Shown here: positions 1-12,801 of the stretch, piece after piece
Layout: each line of letters begins with the position of its first letter
How positions within the stretch are numbered: the first letter of the stretch is position 1
NCBI GenBank assembly: GCA_045837725.1
Contig: JBEWZL010000119.1
Location: 62,001-126,000 of the forward strand
Source: Vermamoeba vermiformis
Taxonomy: Eukaryota
Direction: 5' to 3'
DNA length: 64,000 bases
Translations under genes and position numbers: made by a program
The notes under the pieces: generated by a model
Databases searched by the model: none
What the model saw: the letters and a program-made list of their open reading frames with translations, nothing else
Told to the model about the DNA's origin: nothing

Positions 1-708
1 CCGAAGAACAGCACAACGATCCGACGCGCAGCAAGTTCACGGCTGTGGACTATTTTGGACAACAACTGCTCAAAGCGGGCTACAACTATTATGGCAATGA
101 GCCCATGTACAGCGGAATAACTGGCGTGGAGTTCGAAGCGGACATTTACATCGGCGTGGTGTACTATCAGCGCTTGCGACACATGGTCGGTGACAAGTAT
201 CAAGTGCGTGCCACTGGTCCTAAAAATAGACTCACGCGACAGCCCATCAAGGGTCGTAAGAAGGGTGGTGGCATTCGTTTCGGAGGTAATTATTCCGCAC
301 TCATTCTTTATTCTTGACACGTGACTCACGGTGCTATTACCAGAAATGGAAAGAGACAGTTTGCTGGCACACGGCGCGTCGTTCCTGTTGCAAGACAGAC
401 TGTTCATGTCCTCCGACTTCCACATTGCGCACGTGTGTCGCACGTGTGGCTCAGTGCTCAGCACTTCCATCTTTCAGAGCGTGAACAACAGTCTGCACGT
501 CTCGGAGTACTCCGAAGCACGCCGCGCAGAGAACAAACAAGTGCTCTGTCGCTACTGTCTCGACGGCAATGTTGAAGCTGCCAACACGCAAGGTGCCACT
601 TCCAAAAAAGGCAAGAATGTCACGCGCATCTCCATGCCATTCGTGTTCCGCTACCTGATCTCGGAGCTGGCAGCGATGAACATTCGCATTTGCGTCGACG
701 TCGAATAA
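1..708 (+). CDS. RPA2: RNA polymerase I second-largest subunit, 3' end (5'-partial; intron 286-343)
   Basis: [65 protein letters not shown] and a CxxC zinc site are Pol I-type motifs. The GT-AG intron joins the two ORFs in frame. Confidence 0.93.
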
Positions 709-849
709 GAATTCAATTCTCGGGGCTATAAATAGCACCAAACCTGCGAAATACTTGTAATAAATTCACTTTTAACCTCTTATATTTATCAACTCTATTG
801 CACAAACAACTACACAAGTGACGTCTCTGGTGACTAAGTACAACATGAA

Positions 850-2543
850 CTACTCCTGCTTGTCAGGCTTGCTGTCCACACTCTCCTCAGAGATGATCGC
901 ATCTGCTCCGTTCGTGGTCGGATCCGCATCCACGGTGCCATTGAGTGCCAGACGCGCACGGTCCTCGTCCTTGAGGGTCTTGGGGTCCAAGTGGTCCCAG
1001 CGCCATATGAATGCCTCGGTGACGAACAAGACGTGCCTGCAGTGCGCGCTGAATGCACAGGCCCGCACACTCTGTCGCGCACGCTTGTGTTCGAGCGCGT
1101 GAATGCACTCGCCACTGCTCAGCTCGTAGATGTACACCACACCGGTCTTGGAGCCCACGGCGAGGTACTGGCCGTCACTGCTCACATCGAACAGCGTGCG
1201 CGCACCACTCGTCTCGCTCTTGCCCTTGACACGCAGCTCGCGCTCGATGCTGTCGTGCTGCCAGTCCCACACCACCACTCTGTTGTCCACCGACTTGCTC
1301 ACCACGCGTGCGTCGTCGAGACAGCGCAGACAATCTGACATGTGACACCTGTCAATCACGTGCGCGCAGTAACTACATGTAAGATGCACAGCTACGTACC
1401 GATCTCAGATTTGTGCGGAGATTTCAAAGCACGTGATTCAGTGACCTCCACGGGCACCGACAAATCACGTGTCACTTGCTCAGCTTTGCGCTTCTTCGAA
1501 TCACTTCCATTTAAGGCAGGTGCCACCACGTGATTCAAGTCCCAGATCTGCACCGCGCCCTGTTTGTTGGCGGTCAACAGCACAGTGCCGTGCGCTGCAG
1601 GTACAAAGGTCTGTGTGTGCGTCAGTGCGGAACAGTCAACAGCGCGACACGTACCATGGCCGTGGTGTGCGGGGCGTGCAACACAGCGATGCACGGATTC
1701 AAGTCGTCTTCGCGCTGCTCGTCACTCGTCTTGACGCGCTTGCTGGCACGCTGTTGGTACCACTCGCTGTCCGGTGCGAAGGCAGAGATCTCCCATATGC
1801 GCACTGTGCCGTCGCGCGAGTACGATGCGAGCAGTTGACGCGCGTACTTGGCTGCATTGTGCTCGTTCTGATCGCAGCTCGGCAACACTACATCTGTGCT
1901 GCACATCTGTTCAATCGTGTCGTCGTGACCTGTAGCGATGAGTACATGCTTTATCTTAATATAGTTAGCACTATTTACCGTGCAAGATGTGAAAAGCGCG
2001 TGTTCTGCCAATGGAAATGAGATGGATCAGGCGATCGACACCCGCCACCGCGAGCCAAGTGTCGTGCTTATTATCAGGTGCTTGCAACCACTCGCCGCAG
2101 TACAATATGCGCTCTGGATTGTCGTAGTCAACCTTCTCAGCCTCTGGCAGCACTGCTTTTTGTTTTGCAGCGGTCTTGGCTGGATCTTTCTTCTTTTTCT
2201 TCTCATTTTGCGCATTGTTATTGCCCTTAGCTTCATTGATCTTATTTTGCAGCTCTAATAGTGCAGGGGTATCTACATTAACAAAATTCAATATCACATC
2301 CATGTTGTTGCCGCGGTTCTCGTTGTCATAGATCGTCGCTTGCGTGCCACCGATCGACGCAATTAAATTGTGGTTAATTTTGCTCGTCTTGTTGAAGAAC
2401 AGCTCTTCAATAGGCTGCACGTGAGCCTCTTTGACGATCTTCTTCAAGATCATGTTCTTCAGCAAATAGCTGGTGCTGACAGGCTCACTAGCCTCACCAT
2501 TCGTCTTAACATTGCTGTTCGTATTAGCGTCGACTTGAGCCAT
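850..2543 (-). CDS. EED/ESC/FIE-like WD40 repeat protein (4 exons)
   Basis: Spliced product reads KEAHVQPIEELFFN, LAVAGVDRLIHLI...ILHGHDDTIEQM, HKSEIDCLRCLDDARVVSKSVDNRVVVWDW, YLAVGSKTGVVYIYEL, VRACAFS...FIWRWD. These are colinear with EED/FIE blades as I recall them; LRWD1-type is the alternative. Confidence 0.7.
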
Positions 2544-2625
2544 GGTGTTCACTATCAAGCGCGATTGAAATTTAAAATTTGAGCGCGAAACTCAACGGTC
2601 ACACGGCTCAATTCTACGCATTCAT

Positions 2626-2789
2626 AGGACATCAGTTGTCAGGCAGTGTGGCGTGTACTGGACATATGTGGCTGCAATCGAATGTTACATATGCATTGTT
2701 AGTCTGAGTCCAACATAAGGTTGTCACTCGTTGATGACGGACAGATCCAGATCGCGTTACTGTGCAGTTAGATCGAGTGACAGACAACA
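2626..2789 (+). ncRNA. box H/ACA snoRNA candidate
   Basis: Hairpin 1 GGACaTCAG 2627-35 / CTGAGTCC 2704-11; box H ACATAA 2713-18; hairpin 2 TGTCACTCG 2722-30 / CGAGTGACA 2774-82; ACA 2784-86. Confidence 0.75.
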
Positions 2790-2895
2790 TCGCAGCTATT
2801 GCATGATTGTTAATCTCGTTATTTATTGACAAAATTGAATAACAGATTTATTAAGCTGAATAGCGAATACGCTAGTTACAATTGGTGCTATGTAC

Positions 2896-3653
2896 TTAGT
2901 TGGCATTGGATGAGACGTTGTCAGGCTTCTCTTCCAAGAATTTAATCCACTTGTTGAGGAACTCGTCAGCTCCTGTATTCTTGTCCAATGTATCCACAGT
3001 GAACACTGATTCGATGCCAGTTGAGGACTCAGCAACCTTAGGAGCTTCAGTCTTCTTCTTGTAAGACTCTAAATAATATTATTTTATGAGTTCTTGTGCG
3101 CTAGTGCCGTTAATTAGCTGTTTTATATTTGCTGTTCGTACGTCAAGATGCAATAAACTTGCAATACGAAAATATCTGTTGTAATTGATGCCAGATATGT
3201 GTAAAATATTATATATTGATGTATTAATATTATATGACATTATTCATGCGTCTATTAAAAATTATAAAAATTACTGAGGTCAAAATAAATATTTATGGTG
3301 AGAGGGCGCAGATGAAAAATTATTATGACGTACCCAATTGAGAAGGACTCAATAATTTCTTCAATTCGTCATTTTCAGAGCGCAGTCTCAAATTCTCTGC
3401 TTGAATCTGTTTATATTGTTCGCGTTGTTTTTTAACTTTTTCTGCCTTTTCTTCATCTCGTTGAGCCTTCTTGCTCATGACCCAAGCATATTTGTGTGAG
3501 CCCCAAATAACACCAACACCAAAAGCCAACAAGGCTGTAACCTAATAACGTTTGTTAAAACTCAAATTAACTCACCACAGCACTCGATTCGATGGATGCT
3601 TTGTTCTCGTAACATACCACTGTAAATCCGCGAGGGGCGAATACTGTGCTCAT
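2896..3653 (-). CDS. small single-TM protein, probable mitochondrial ATP synthase subunit e (exons 3653-3618, 3541-3334, 3068-2896)
   Basis: In-frame GT-AG joins give MSTVFAPRGFTVVTALLAFGVGVIWGSHKY followed by a coiled coil. An N-terminal TM with GxxxG plus a coiled coil is the subunit e (Tim11/ATP5ME) layout. Confidence 0.55.
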
Positions 3654-3873
3654 TTTTATGATTTAAGGGTCAATAAATAATAATTTCAAGCTCCGTCTAT
3701 CAAAAATTATTGTTCGCGTGATTTTGGGTGGATATTTTTAGTGTTCAATTTTTGACTGTCAAAGTTTGGTGCAAAAAAAGTGACCGTTGCTGCGCGCCAA
3801 ATAATACATTCAAATTTTTGAAGTTGATACTTTTAGATTCGATTCGAAGTGAAGCAGCACAATTAAAATACTA

Positions 3874-6235
3874 ATGAGTTCTCCACAAGAGACTAAAGTA
3901 GCGGATTCAGCAGCTGACGATCTCAGGTACGCAAGCTATTTCTACCCCTTGAAGCTACAACACAAATAATAACCACGCCAATTAATTACAGCTCTATTCG
4001 CAAAAATTTATTCCCAACGGCGCCAATTCAGCCGAACAGATTGGAAGTATTTTTGAGATTGCGACCAGTGCCCGAGACCACCGAGCTCTCAGTCGCACGC
4101 ATCGATGCTCGTCGTGTAATGTTGCGCGACAAGTTGCGTGAGCACGGTGCGGGCACTGAATTCGAGTTTGATGGCGTGCTGGGCCCTCAAGCTGACGAGA
4201 CTGAAGAGGAGAACAAAGAGAACAGCGATCCTGAGAATGATGTCGATGAAGAGGGCAACAAACCAATGCCTAGCATTAAACAAACGAGCTCTTTTTCCAC
4301 ATCTGGCAGTCAGCGATCTGTCTACAAAACTATTGGTCTGCCTCTCGTTAAGGCGCTATTTGAAGGACGCGATGCATTGTTGGCTGCATATGGATCTTCT
4401 GGTTCAGGCAAGACGCACACTATTCAGGGCAATACAGAAGACCCCAAGGACCGTGGTATCATTCCGCGCATCTTGAGCACCGTTTTCGAGTCTATTAACA
4501 TGGCTGGCAAATCCAAGACCGCGAAAAACAAGAACAGTGACCCTGATCAAGTTGGTACGTTAATATATTATTTTAATCTGCCGAAATGATTGCTCACTCG
4601 AGCTCTACAGTTTTGGATGTCAGCGACGAATTCAAGTATTTCATTTGGATGTCATACTACGAGGTGTACAATGAAAAAGTATTCGATCTCTTGGCACCAC
4701 AAGATAAGAAAGAGGCCCTCAAGGTCAAAGAAGACAAATCAGGCCGGATCTTCGTCCGCGACATCACCGAACAGACACTGACGAGTGTAGAGGATGGCAA
4801 GAAGTGGTTGAATGAAGGTCTTCGCAACAGACGTGTGGCCGAAACCTGTCAGAACCGCGATTCATCGCGCAGTCACTCCATCTTGACCATTAAGATTGCT
4901 CAGATCCCCAAAAAAGCTAGCAAAGAGGAGCTGCACGAGAACCCTAAACTCGTTAAATACAGTCGCCTGTCTGTCGTAGATCTTGCCGGCAGTGAGCGCG
5001 CCAACAAGACCAAGACAGCAGGTGATCGCATGCGCGAGGCCAGTCACATCAACAAGTCACTCATGACGCTCGGCATGTGCATTGAGACCATGCGCTACAA
5101 TCAGCTGCACCCCAAACAGACGCAGCAACAAGTCGTGCCCTTCAGACAGTCACAACTCACGCGTCTGCTGCAGGACTACTTCACCGGCAATGCTAAGGCG
5201 GTGATGATTATCAACGTCAATCCGCGCATGCTCGACTACGAAGAGACGCTGCAAGTGCTCAAATTCGCTGCTGTCGCCAAGACCGTCGTCACCACCACCG
5301 CCAAGAAGCGTGTGGTCGCGGTGAGTCACACTGCCTATGTGCCGGGTCAAGCTCGTCCTGCAGCACCGAGTGTGCCCCAACCAGCCCCAGCCACACCACC
5401 AAATATGGAAGTGGGCGAGGTCGATACAGATCAGGTGATTGATGAGCTGCTCGATCAAATCGATGCGCTGCGCAGACAAGTGGTCGAATCAGAGCTCAAA
5501 GCCACTGAAGTCGAGATGCGAGTGCGCAGCGAGGCCAGCAACGAACTTGCCACTCGATTGTGCGAGTTTGAGCAGATCTACGAAGAGCGCCTCGAACAAG
5601 AGCTCAGTGTGATGGCTGCCATGTACCAGAAGAAGATCAAGATTGCACTCGATGCATCACGTGCTGAGCAGAGTGAGGGCCACGCACAGCACTCGGAGAC
5701 TGAGCGCAAGACTGAGCAGGACAGCGCCGAGGCTGACCGTCTGCGCGAGCAAGTGTCGCGCTTGCAGGATGACATTCAAGCACGTGACGCTGTCATCGAA
5801 CAGCTTCGCAAAGAATTGGCCGCACAACAAGAGACCAATGCGCGCACCAGCGAGAGCGGCGAGTTTGACACGCCGAGCAAGAAATTGAGCTTCAAAAAGA
5901 AGTTGAAAGACATGTTGACACCTGTCAAGAAGTTGAAGCGCAAAGAACCAGCCTCCAATCACGAGGACGAGGGCGGGGCGAAGAAGAAGCAGCGCACTGA
6001 GGGTCAGTTCCACTGCATGAGTCCGCAGCAATTCTCGCCCGTCACTTCGCCAAATAAGGAAAATGAGGAGGAGAATGTACCGACCAGTCCGCAACCCGTG
6101 CGCAAGATTGCAGTGTCACGTGCCACCAAGCGACAGGTGCCAGAGGAGGATGAAGAGCCTGCTGTCGTGCCGCGCGTCGGAAAAACACCCATTGCACGTC
6201 GTTTGCGAACACGAGCACCGACTAAAGCCAAATAA
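3874..6235 (+). CDS. kinesin-6 family motor (KIF23/KIF20-like), 3 exons
   Basis: YGSSGSGKT P-loop, NRDSSRSH, DLAGSER, SLMTLGMCIETMRYNQ, VPFRQSQLTRLLQDYFTG, YEETLQVLKFA; coiled coil and basic tail. Confidence 0.88.
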
Positions 6236-6398
6236 GGCAATTTTGTGAATATGAACAATCTTGAAGGGAAATAAGAAACAGAAGTGGATCTGTTGTTGTT
6301 TCCATTTTAGGCAATTGTTTTATTGACCAGCAAGGTCAATGTCTGTACAAATAAACTACAAGCTGTATTATTATTATTATCTACAATGTGGGTCATAC

Positions 6399-9300
6399 TC
6401 AGCTCTCATCCACCGTTCTGAATGCGAATTTGAGCAGTTTTGATTTGCTGGCGGTGGATTGTTCCGCGGTACTACTGGTGTCCTCGGCTATTTCCTTTTT
6501 AGGAGTGGCTAGCTCCTTTTCAGGCGTGTCAGTGACCGCTGATTGGCTGGCCAGGGCTTCACGCTGTTTTTGCAGTCGTTTCCTTTGCACAGTCTTTTTG
6601 AACTTTTTGAGCTCATTTTCGCTGTCACTGCTGTCACTGCTGTCACTCATTAAAATCACGTGACCAGCTTCTGCGGGCTGGTCGGAGTCGCTCATCACGT
6701 GATCATCGCTCGAAACCTCTATCACACGTTTCTGTTCAGTCACTCTCGCAGTGGGTTGTGTTGCCTTTTTTGGACTAGTGCTGTCACGTGGTGGACCGCG
6801 ATAGACAAATTTGTCCAGCGAGACATGTGACTTTTTCAGCGGAGATTGTATCTCGGAGTCTTCCGCGCTGGCAACACTGCTCTGACGTTTCTTGGCACCC
6901 GTTGGAGTGACACGTTTGACATCATCGTTGACAGGTGTCACCAAGTCATCCTCATCGCTGTCACTCATCTCGCGCATTTTTTTCACGCGCTCACGGATCT
7001 TTTGCCGCTTTTGCATGGCTGATTTGCGCTCGTCGTACGAATCCACCTTCTCGAGCAAATATTCAATGAACGAGTTGGCGGTGATTGAATCGAGATTGCA
7101 GTCACGTGACAAGTTCTCATCGACTTGCAGCTTGTCTTCTTGACCATTCAGCGCTTCACCGAGCACTTCGAGCTTGTGATCGATCAGGTCCCAGATCATC
7201 TCGTCAATGGTGCCAGCTGCCACCAAGTAGTGCACGTTGACACTTGACACTTGACCAATGCGGTGCGCGCGATCTTCGCATTGACGCAGCGTGCCTGGAT
7301 TCCAGAACAGTTCCGCAAAGATCACCGTGTTGGCAGCTGTCAAAGTGAGACCAGTGCCAGCAGCTGTCATGGACAGCACGCCCACGCGACAGTTCGGCTC
7401 ATTTTGAAAGTGCGTCACGAGCTCGTGGCGTGCATGACCAGGCGTTCTTCCGTCGATCTGAATGTGCTCGATGCGATGCGTGTTCATGAAGTGTGCAATG
7501 CCATCGAGCACGTCTTGATGGTGGCCAAATACCAGGAATTTGTCGCCACCCTCGAGCAGATCGGTGATGTACTCCAACACGGCTGGTAGCTTGGCAGTGC
7601 CAGTGTCGCGGAACAATTCTTGAATCACGCGGATCTTGTGGAATGAGAGGTCTTTGGCCTTGTCTAACCGTTCTGCGTCTTCTATATTTGGAAACATCAG
7701 TGAGTATATAGCCACAAACTAGCGCAAAGATTGATATTACTTGATTTGGCAGTCTGTTGCAGCCCTTCTCGGATCTCACTCAATTCAGTGCTGATCTTTT
7801 GGATCATTTTCTGCTGTTTGGCCGGTATATTGATCGACACCTGCGTGCACCGATTAATCGACCGACATGGCCAAATAAGGCAAGTGGCATACCTTTTGTC
7901 GCAGTTTAGCAGGCAGTTGCGTGAGTACTTGCTGTTTGAGGCGCCGAATCATGACGCTCTCGCCCAACAGACAGTTCAGCTCTTTCAAGTGCGAGTTGCC
8001 CGTGTAGTCCCAGCGCTGAAACTGATTCTTGTGACCGTTGCAATAGCGTGCTCCGAAGGGCGGGAAGTACGGGAACAGATCCGTTCTGATGGCACTCAGC
8101 TGCGAGAAGAGTTCCACGGGCCGCGAGACAGCAGGTGTGCCCGTCAACAGCACGGCACGCTTGGCTCGCTGCAGGATCGGAATAACTGCCTTGGTGCGCT
8201 TGGCGGAATAACTCTTCAAGAAGTGGGACTCGTCGCAGATGACCACTTTGAAGTTCACTGCGTCTATTTTAGGCGCCATCTTGGTGACGAGATCGTACGA
8301 GATGATGTTGACAGGTGCCAGCACGTCACATTTGCCCGTCATCACGACGTTGATGTCCGTGCTCGGAATATCTCCCAGCCACCGCTCGAGTTGTTCCGCC
8401 CACTGCAATCGGAGCGAGGAGGGTGTGATGATGAGCAAGGGCCACTCATCTCTATAATAGGCCGCGACACCAATGGCTTGAATGGTCTTGCCCAGGCCCA
8501 TCTCATCGCCGATCAGTGCGCGGCCTGCCTTCTCGACCACGAACTGAATGCCCTCCGCTTGAAAGGGCAGCAGTGCATTCACCAGCGAGTTGGGCAGTTT
8601 GGTCCACACCATCGTAGGGCTATTTTTAGCTGCACCGTTCATGAATGCTTTGAATATCCACTCGGGCAGTCGCGTGACATTGACGTGGTGCTGTTTGAGC
8701 GTTGTGAACACGTGCTCGTGTTGCGACAGTTCGTAGCTCCAGCGCTCTGATTCGTCGTCTATTTTTAGATCAGTATACTGTGTACCACACTGCACGACTG
8801 CTTACCATATTTGGCAGTGGGCAGTGATTGCAACAAGCGCACAAAGTTCGGGTGCGTGATGGCCATGGGAATTCTCAGAAAATTCTTGAAGATCACGTGC
8901 TGCACGACGAATCGATCACGTGCCACGAGACTGAACTCGTAGTGCCCTGTCGGCAGTGGTCCGACGTTCAGTGAAGCGCTAGGTCTGGGCGACAGGGGCG
9001 TGTTGGGTGCGCTATTAATAGGACTCGGTGTGCTAGTCGCGGTGCTGGTCGTGACTGCATTCAATGCGGTGTTATTACCATTTATGGCAGGTGTCACGTG
9101 ATTGGTCGGTGCAGTTCTGGGTGCATTGGGTGAGGGACTCGAGACTAGAGCTCGCTGCGCAGTGTTGTGAGGCTGAGTGGGCGTGCTATTTATAGCATTG
9201 GGTGCATTGCCATTTATGGTAATATTTGATTTTGGTGAGCTGACAGGCGGTGTGCTGCTGGTTGGTGACTGCGCGACAGATCTGCCCAACAACTGACTGG

Positions 9301-9715
9301 TGCTGATGAGTCGCGGACTAGCAAGTGTATTGCCATTATTGTAAGGACTAGCATTACCATATTTAGCACCATTAATTGTATTTGCAGGTGAACTTGACGG
9401 ACGAGTGACTTGTTGACGCAGATCTGACTGATTAACGCGCGCAGTATTTGGTGTTGAATTGTTGTTCATATATGGTTGTTGATATGTGTTATAATTAGGA
9501 CTCGTAGTGTAATTGTTGGTGGGCAGTGAATGGCTCGATCTATTATTAATTACAGGTGTTGGGGCGGTGGTATTAATTTTCCCAGCGTTGAAATTATTCC
9601 TAGAATTATTGTTCAAATTATTGGGACTCGTGCTGGTACTAGTATTCGTCTGTGCTGATTGTAAGGCTTGCTCGATCGCAGCCCACTCGCTGTCGTCAAT
9701 GAATTCAGTGTCCAT
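6399..9715 (-). CDS. SMARCAL1: SMARCAL1/ZRANB3-type SNF2 annealing helicase
   Basis: LLPFQAEG, GDEMGLGKTIQA, DESH, LLTGTPAVSRPVELF, KFLVFGHH, AELFWNPG...QCEDRAHRIGQ; HARP-like segment upstream; N/S/T/P-rich N-terminus. Confidence 0.85.
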
Positions 9716-9892
9716 GCTGTCACGATATTATTGCCGTAGTATAAATACTGTACTTGTTTATCTTATCGTGGTGTCCACCAGCAGCTGCATTAAAAAAAAT
9801 TGTTCTTGTTCTCAGAATTTATTTTGTTCGATCCAAAAGTATTGACATCAACATGTGCAATTAACTGATATTACAATACATAAATTGTAAGA

Positions 9893-12638
9893 ATGAGCTT
9901 AGACGTCAATACACAGGCACAAATGCAAGACGAAAGTTACGCAGATCCGTTTGGTCTGACTCATGTCGAGTATACTGCAGACGGTAATTATCGAGGCGCA
10001 ATAATTTTTAATAAATTATTTTATCGTTGTTTTTGTAAAAATCAGGATTAAATTTCTTTTCAAAACACGATCCGATCAGATTCAGATCCACAAGTCTTTC
10101 AAAATTTGTGGCTAATTCAATTAAATTAGAAATATTTTACGCGTATACGCATTTTCAAAATATAACACATTGCTTGCAGGAGGGTTGGCGACAGATCAAC
10201 TGCTCGATCACACCGCGAATGGTGCCGCACCGAACGGGCACGTGGCTGGTGACAGCACCGCGCTGGAATTCAGTGAACAGAGCAAATCTGAGAGCGAGAT
10301 TGACAAGTTGATGCGCGCACTGCAACTCAACCGCGACTACCAGGCCTATTTGCGCGAACAACTGCGCGTGCTCGAACAGGCTCAGCTGCGCAATCGAGAG
10401 CTGCAGCGCGCAGTGAGCGAGACACTGATGAAACAGGCCTGTCAACCTGTCAAACCGAGTCACGTGATTGCGGGGGCTGTCAAGAGCAAAGCCTCCAAGA
10501 GCAAGAGCGGCATCAGATATTTTGTGGACGAGCTCGGCAATGTAAGCTATTTTTAGCATCGATTGCCTTATTTAGTAATGTACTGATCACGTGCCAGATG
10601 CCACCAGACAACGAAGACGGCGCACGACGCAAAGCACAGCTGGCCAAGATGCCCATGTACCACAAGCCCAAGCGATGTATGTCCTAATTAGGCAAGTGCA
10701 TGTACGACAGCTGACACGTGTCAAACAGGGACCCCCGCGGAGTTGAAGAGTCTAGCGAAGGGTGTGCGGCAACAGAACCAACAGCTGCTCGTGAACCAGT
10801 TGTACGACGAGTGCGCGGACAAATCGATCGACGAGTTCAATGCAGATCTGGAGAAGATCAAAACACTGAGCGACCGAGAGCTCGAAGAGAACCTCGAGGG
10901 CATTGATTGGGACCTCGTGGCCAAGACCTGCTGTCCCGATCGCTCGGGCGAGGACTGTCGCATCAAGTGGCTGGCGACCAATCCGCTCGTGAACAAGAGT
11001 GCGTGGCTGCACTGCGCATTGAACGAGACTAACGCGCTGTTCTATATGCAGGTCCGTGGTCCAAAGACGAAGACAAGAAGTTGCTGCAGCTCGCCACCAC
11101 GCACGAGGCTACACACTGGGACCGTGTGGCACAAGACCTGCACACGAACCGCACACCGACGCAGTGCTTGATGCGATATCAGCGCAGTCTCAATGTCAAA
11201 CTGCTCAAGAGGTACGGCTCTATACTTGTAGTGTTAGTGTGCTAATAATGGCAGCAAATGGACGGACGAAGAGGACAAGCTGCTCATGGACAGTGTGCGC
11301 AAGTACGGCGAAAAGAATTGGCAGCAAGGTACGTGATGCAGCTCTATTGCCTTATTTGGACATTGATTGACCATACCGCGCAGTGGCCAACTCACTGGAG
11401 AACCGCACTGGCCAGCAAGCACTGCACCGCTGGATGAAGACGCTCTCCCCGCACATCAAGCGCGGCAAGTGGGAGTGGAGCGAGGACATCAGACTCGCGC
11501 TCTCAGTGCAGGCCTACGGACAGAATCGACTCTGGAACAAATTGCACCGTCATGTGCCGCGCCGCACCGATGTGCAGTGTCGTGAGCGGTGGTGTACGTG
11601 TCTTTGCAAGTATTTCAGTGCACGTGACTGACAATGACCTAATTAGGCAATGTCCTCAATCCGGATCTGAACATGGGCCCGTGGACGCCAGAAGAAGACG
11701 AGAAGTTGTTGGAGTCGGTGGCACGGCACGGATTAGGCAAGTGGGCCCTGGTGGCGATCGATCTCTATCCGCGCACGGACAATCAGTGCTGGCGACGCTG
11801 GAAGACTGGGCGCAAAGATCAGCTGAGTGCCTATCGCAGGACCATTAAGAAGAAAGAACAGCTGCTCGTCAAGAACTTTGCAGGACGCGAGAAAGAGCGG
11901 CCCCATCACATTGACGTGGAGGACTTGGTGGACCTGTCGGAGGAGGGCAGCGAGGACGAGGACGAAGAGCTCGAGCTGAGTGACGACAGCGAGGAGTACA
12001 CTGCCAAAAATAGAAAACGAAAAGCGGCACCGCGCAGCACTCGTGCCAGCAAGCGACGCAAGACGAGCAAAGACATGGACTCGGAGCTGTCCGAGGCCGA
12101 GTTGAGTGACGAGATGACAGGTGACACCAGCAGTCACGCGACTGACACACCTGCACGCAAGACTAAGGCCAAGAGCTCCGCACCTGCAAAGACAAAAGCC
12201 AAGCCGCGCAGTGCACCTGCAAAGAAAGGTCGCAAAGGCAGTGCAGCGAGTGCCACCGCGGAGCCAGCCTCCGAGCCAGTGCTGATCGTGGACCGCGATG
12301 TGCTGATAGACGAGCAGGGTGAAGTGACGGACAGTGCCTTGCCTGTCGTGCTGCCCTCGCCCGTCACACTGCGTGCAGCATTCAAGCTGTTGACGACACT
12401 CGATCAGACAGCGCGGCCAGACACCGCGGCTGATGAGCGCAATCTCGATCTCGTGCTCGAACACGTGGACTCGCCTGACTTCAAACTGCTCGCGGCGTGG
12501 TTCAACAGTCTGTTCTTGTACCCCGCACTCATTGCCAAGGACTTGGGCTTCGTTGCCAATCCGCTGCACCACAGTCACGCTGCGAGTGGCGCGGTGAATA
12601 ACAACAACTGGAACATCAACAACTTGCACGGTAAATAA
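9893..12638 (+). CDS. SNAPC4: snRNA-activating protein complex subunit 4 (multi-Myb repeat)
   Basis: ALQLNRDYQAYL coiled coil, YFVDELGN..PPDNED, then Myb repeats (IDWDLVA, PWSKDED, KWTDEED, GKWEWSED, GPWTPEED) across several introns. Confidence 0.85.
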
Positions 12639-12801
12639 TAGGACTGGTGGATTGGATGCTGAATGGGAGCCGTTGTGCAGTGCGTCAACGACAAGTTTCA
12701 GTGAATCAGTGCTTCATGAATGGCTGTGAATGTAGCCAGTGCAGGGTCAATAGAAGTAAACGAACTTGTTGTTATTGTATTTTAATTTGTCCTCGCTATA
12801 A

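Noticed and set aside
7731-8750. 339-aa + strand ORF (likewise 11733-12629, 15019-15723, 16824-17357 and other long antisense ORFs)
   Set aside because: Antisense shadows of well-supported genes; no recognisable motifs.
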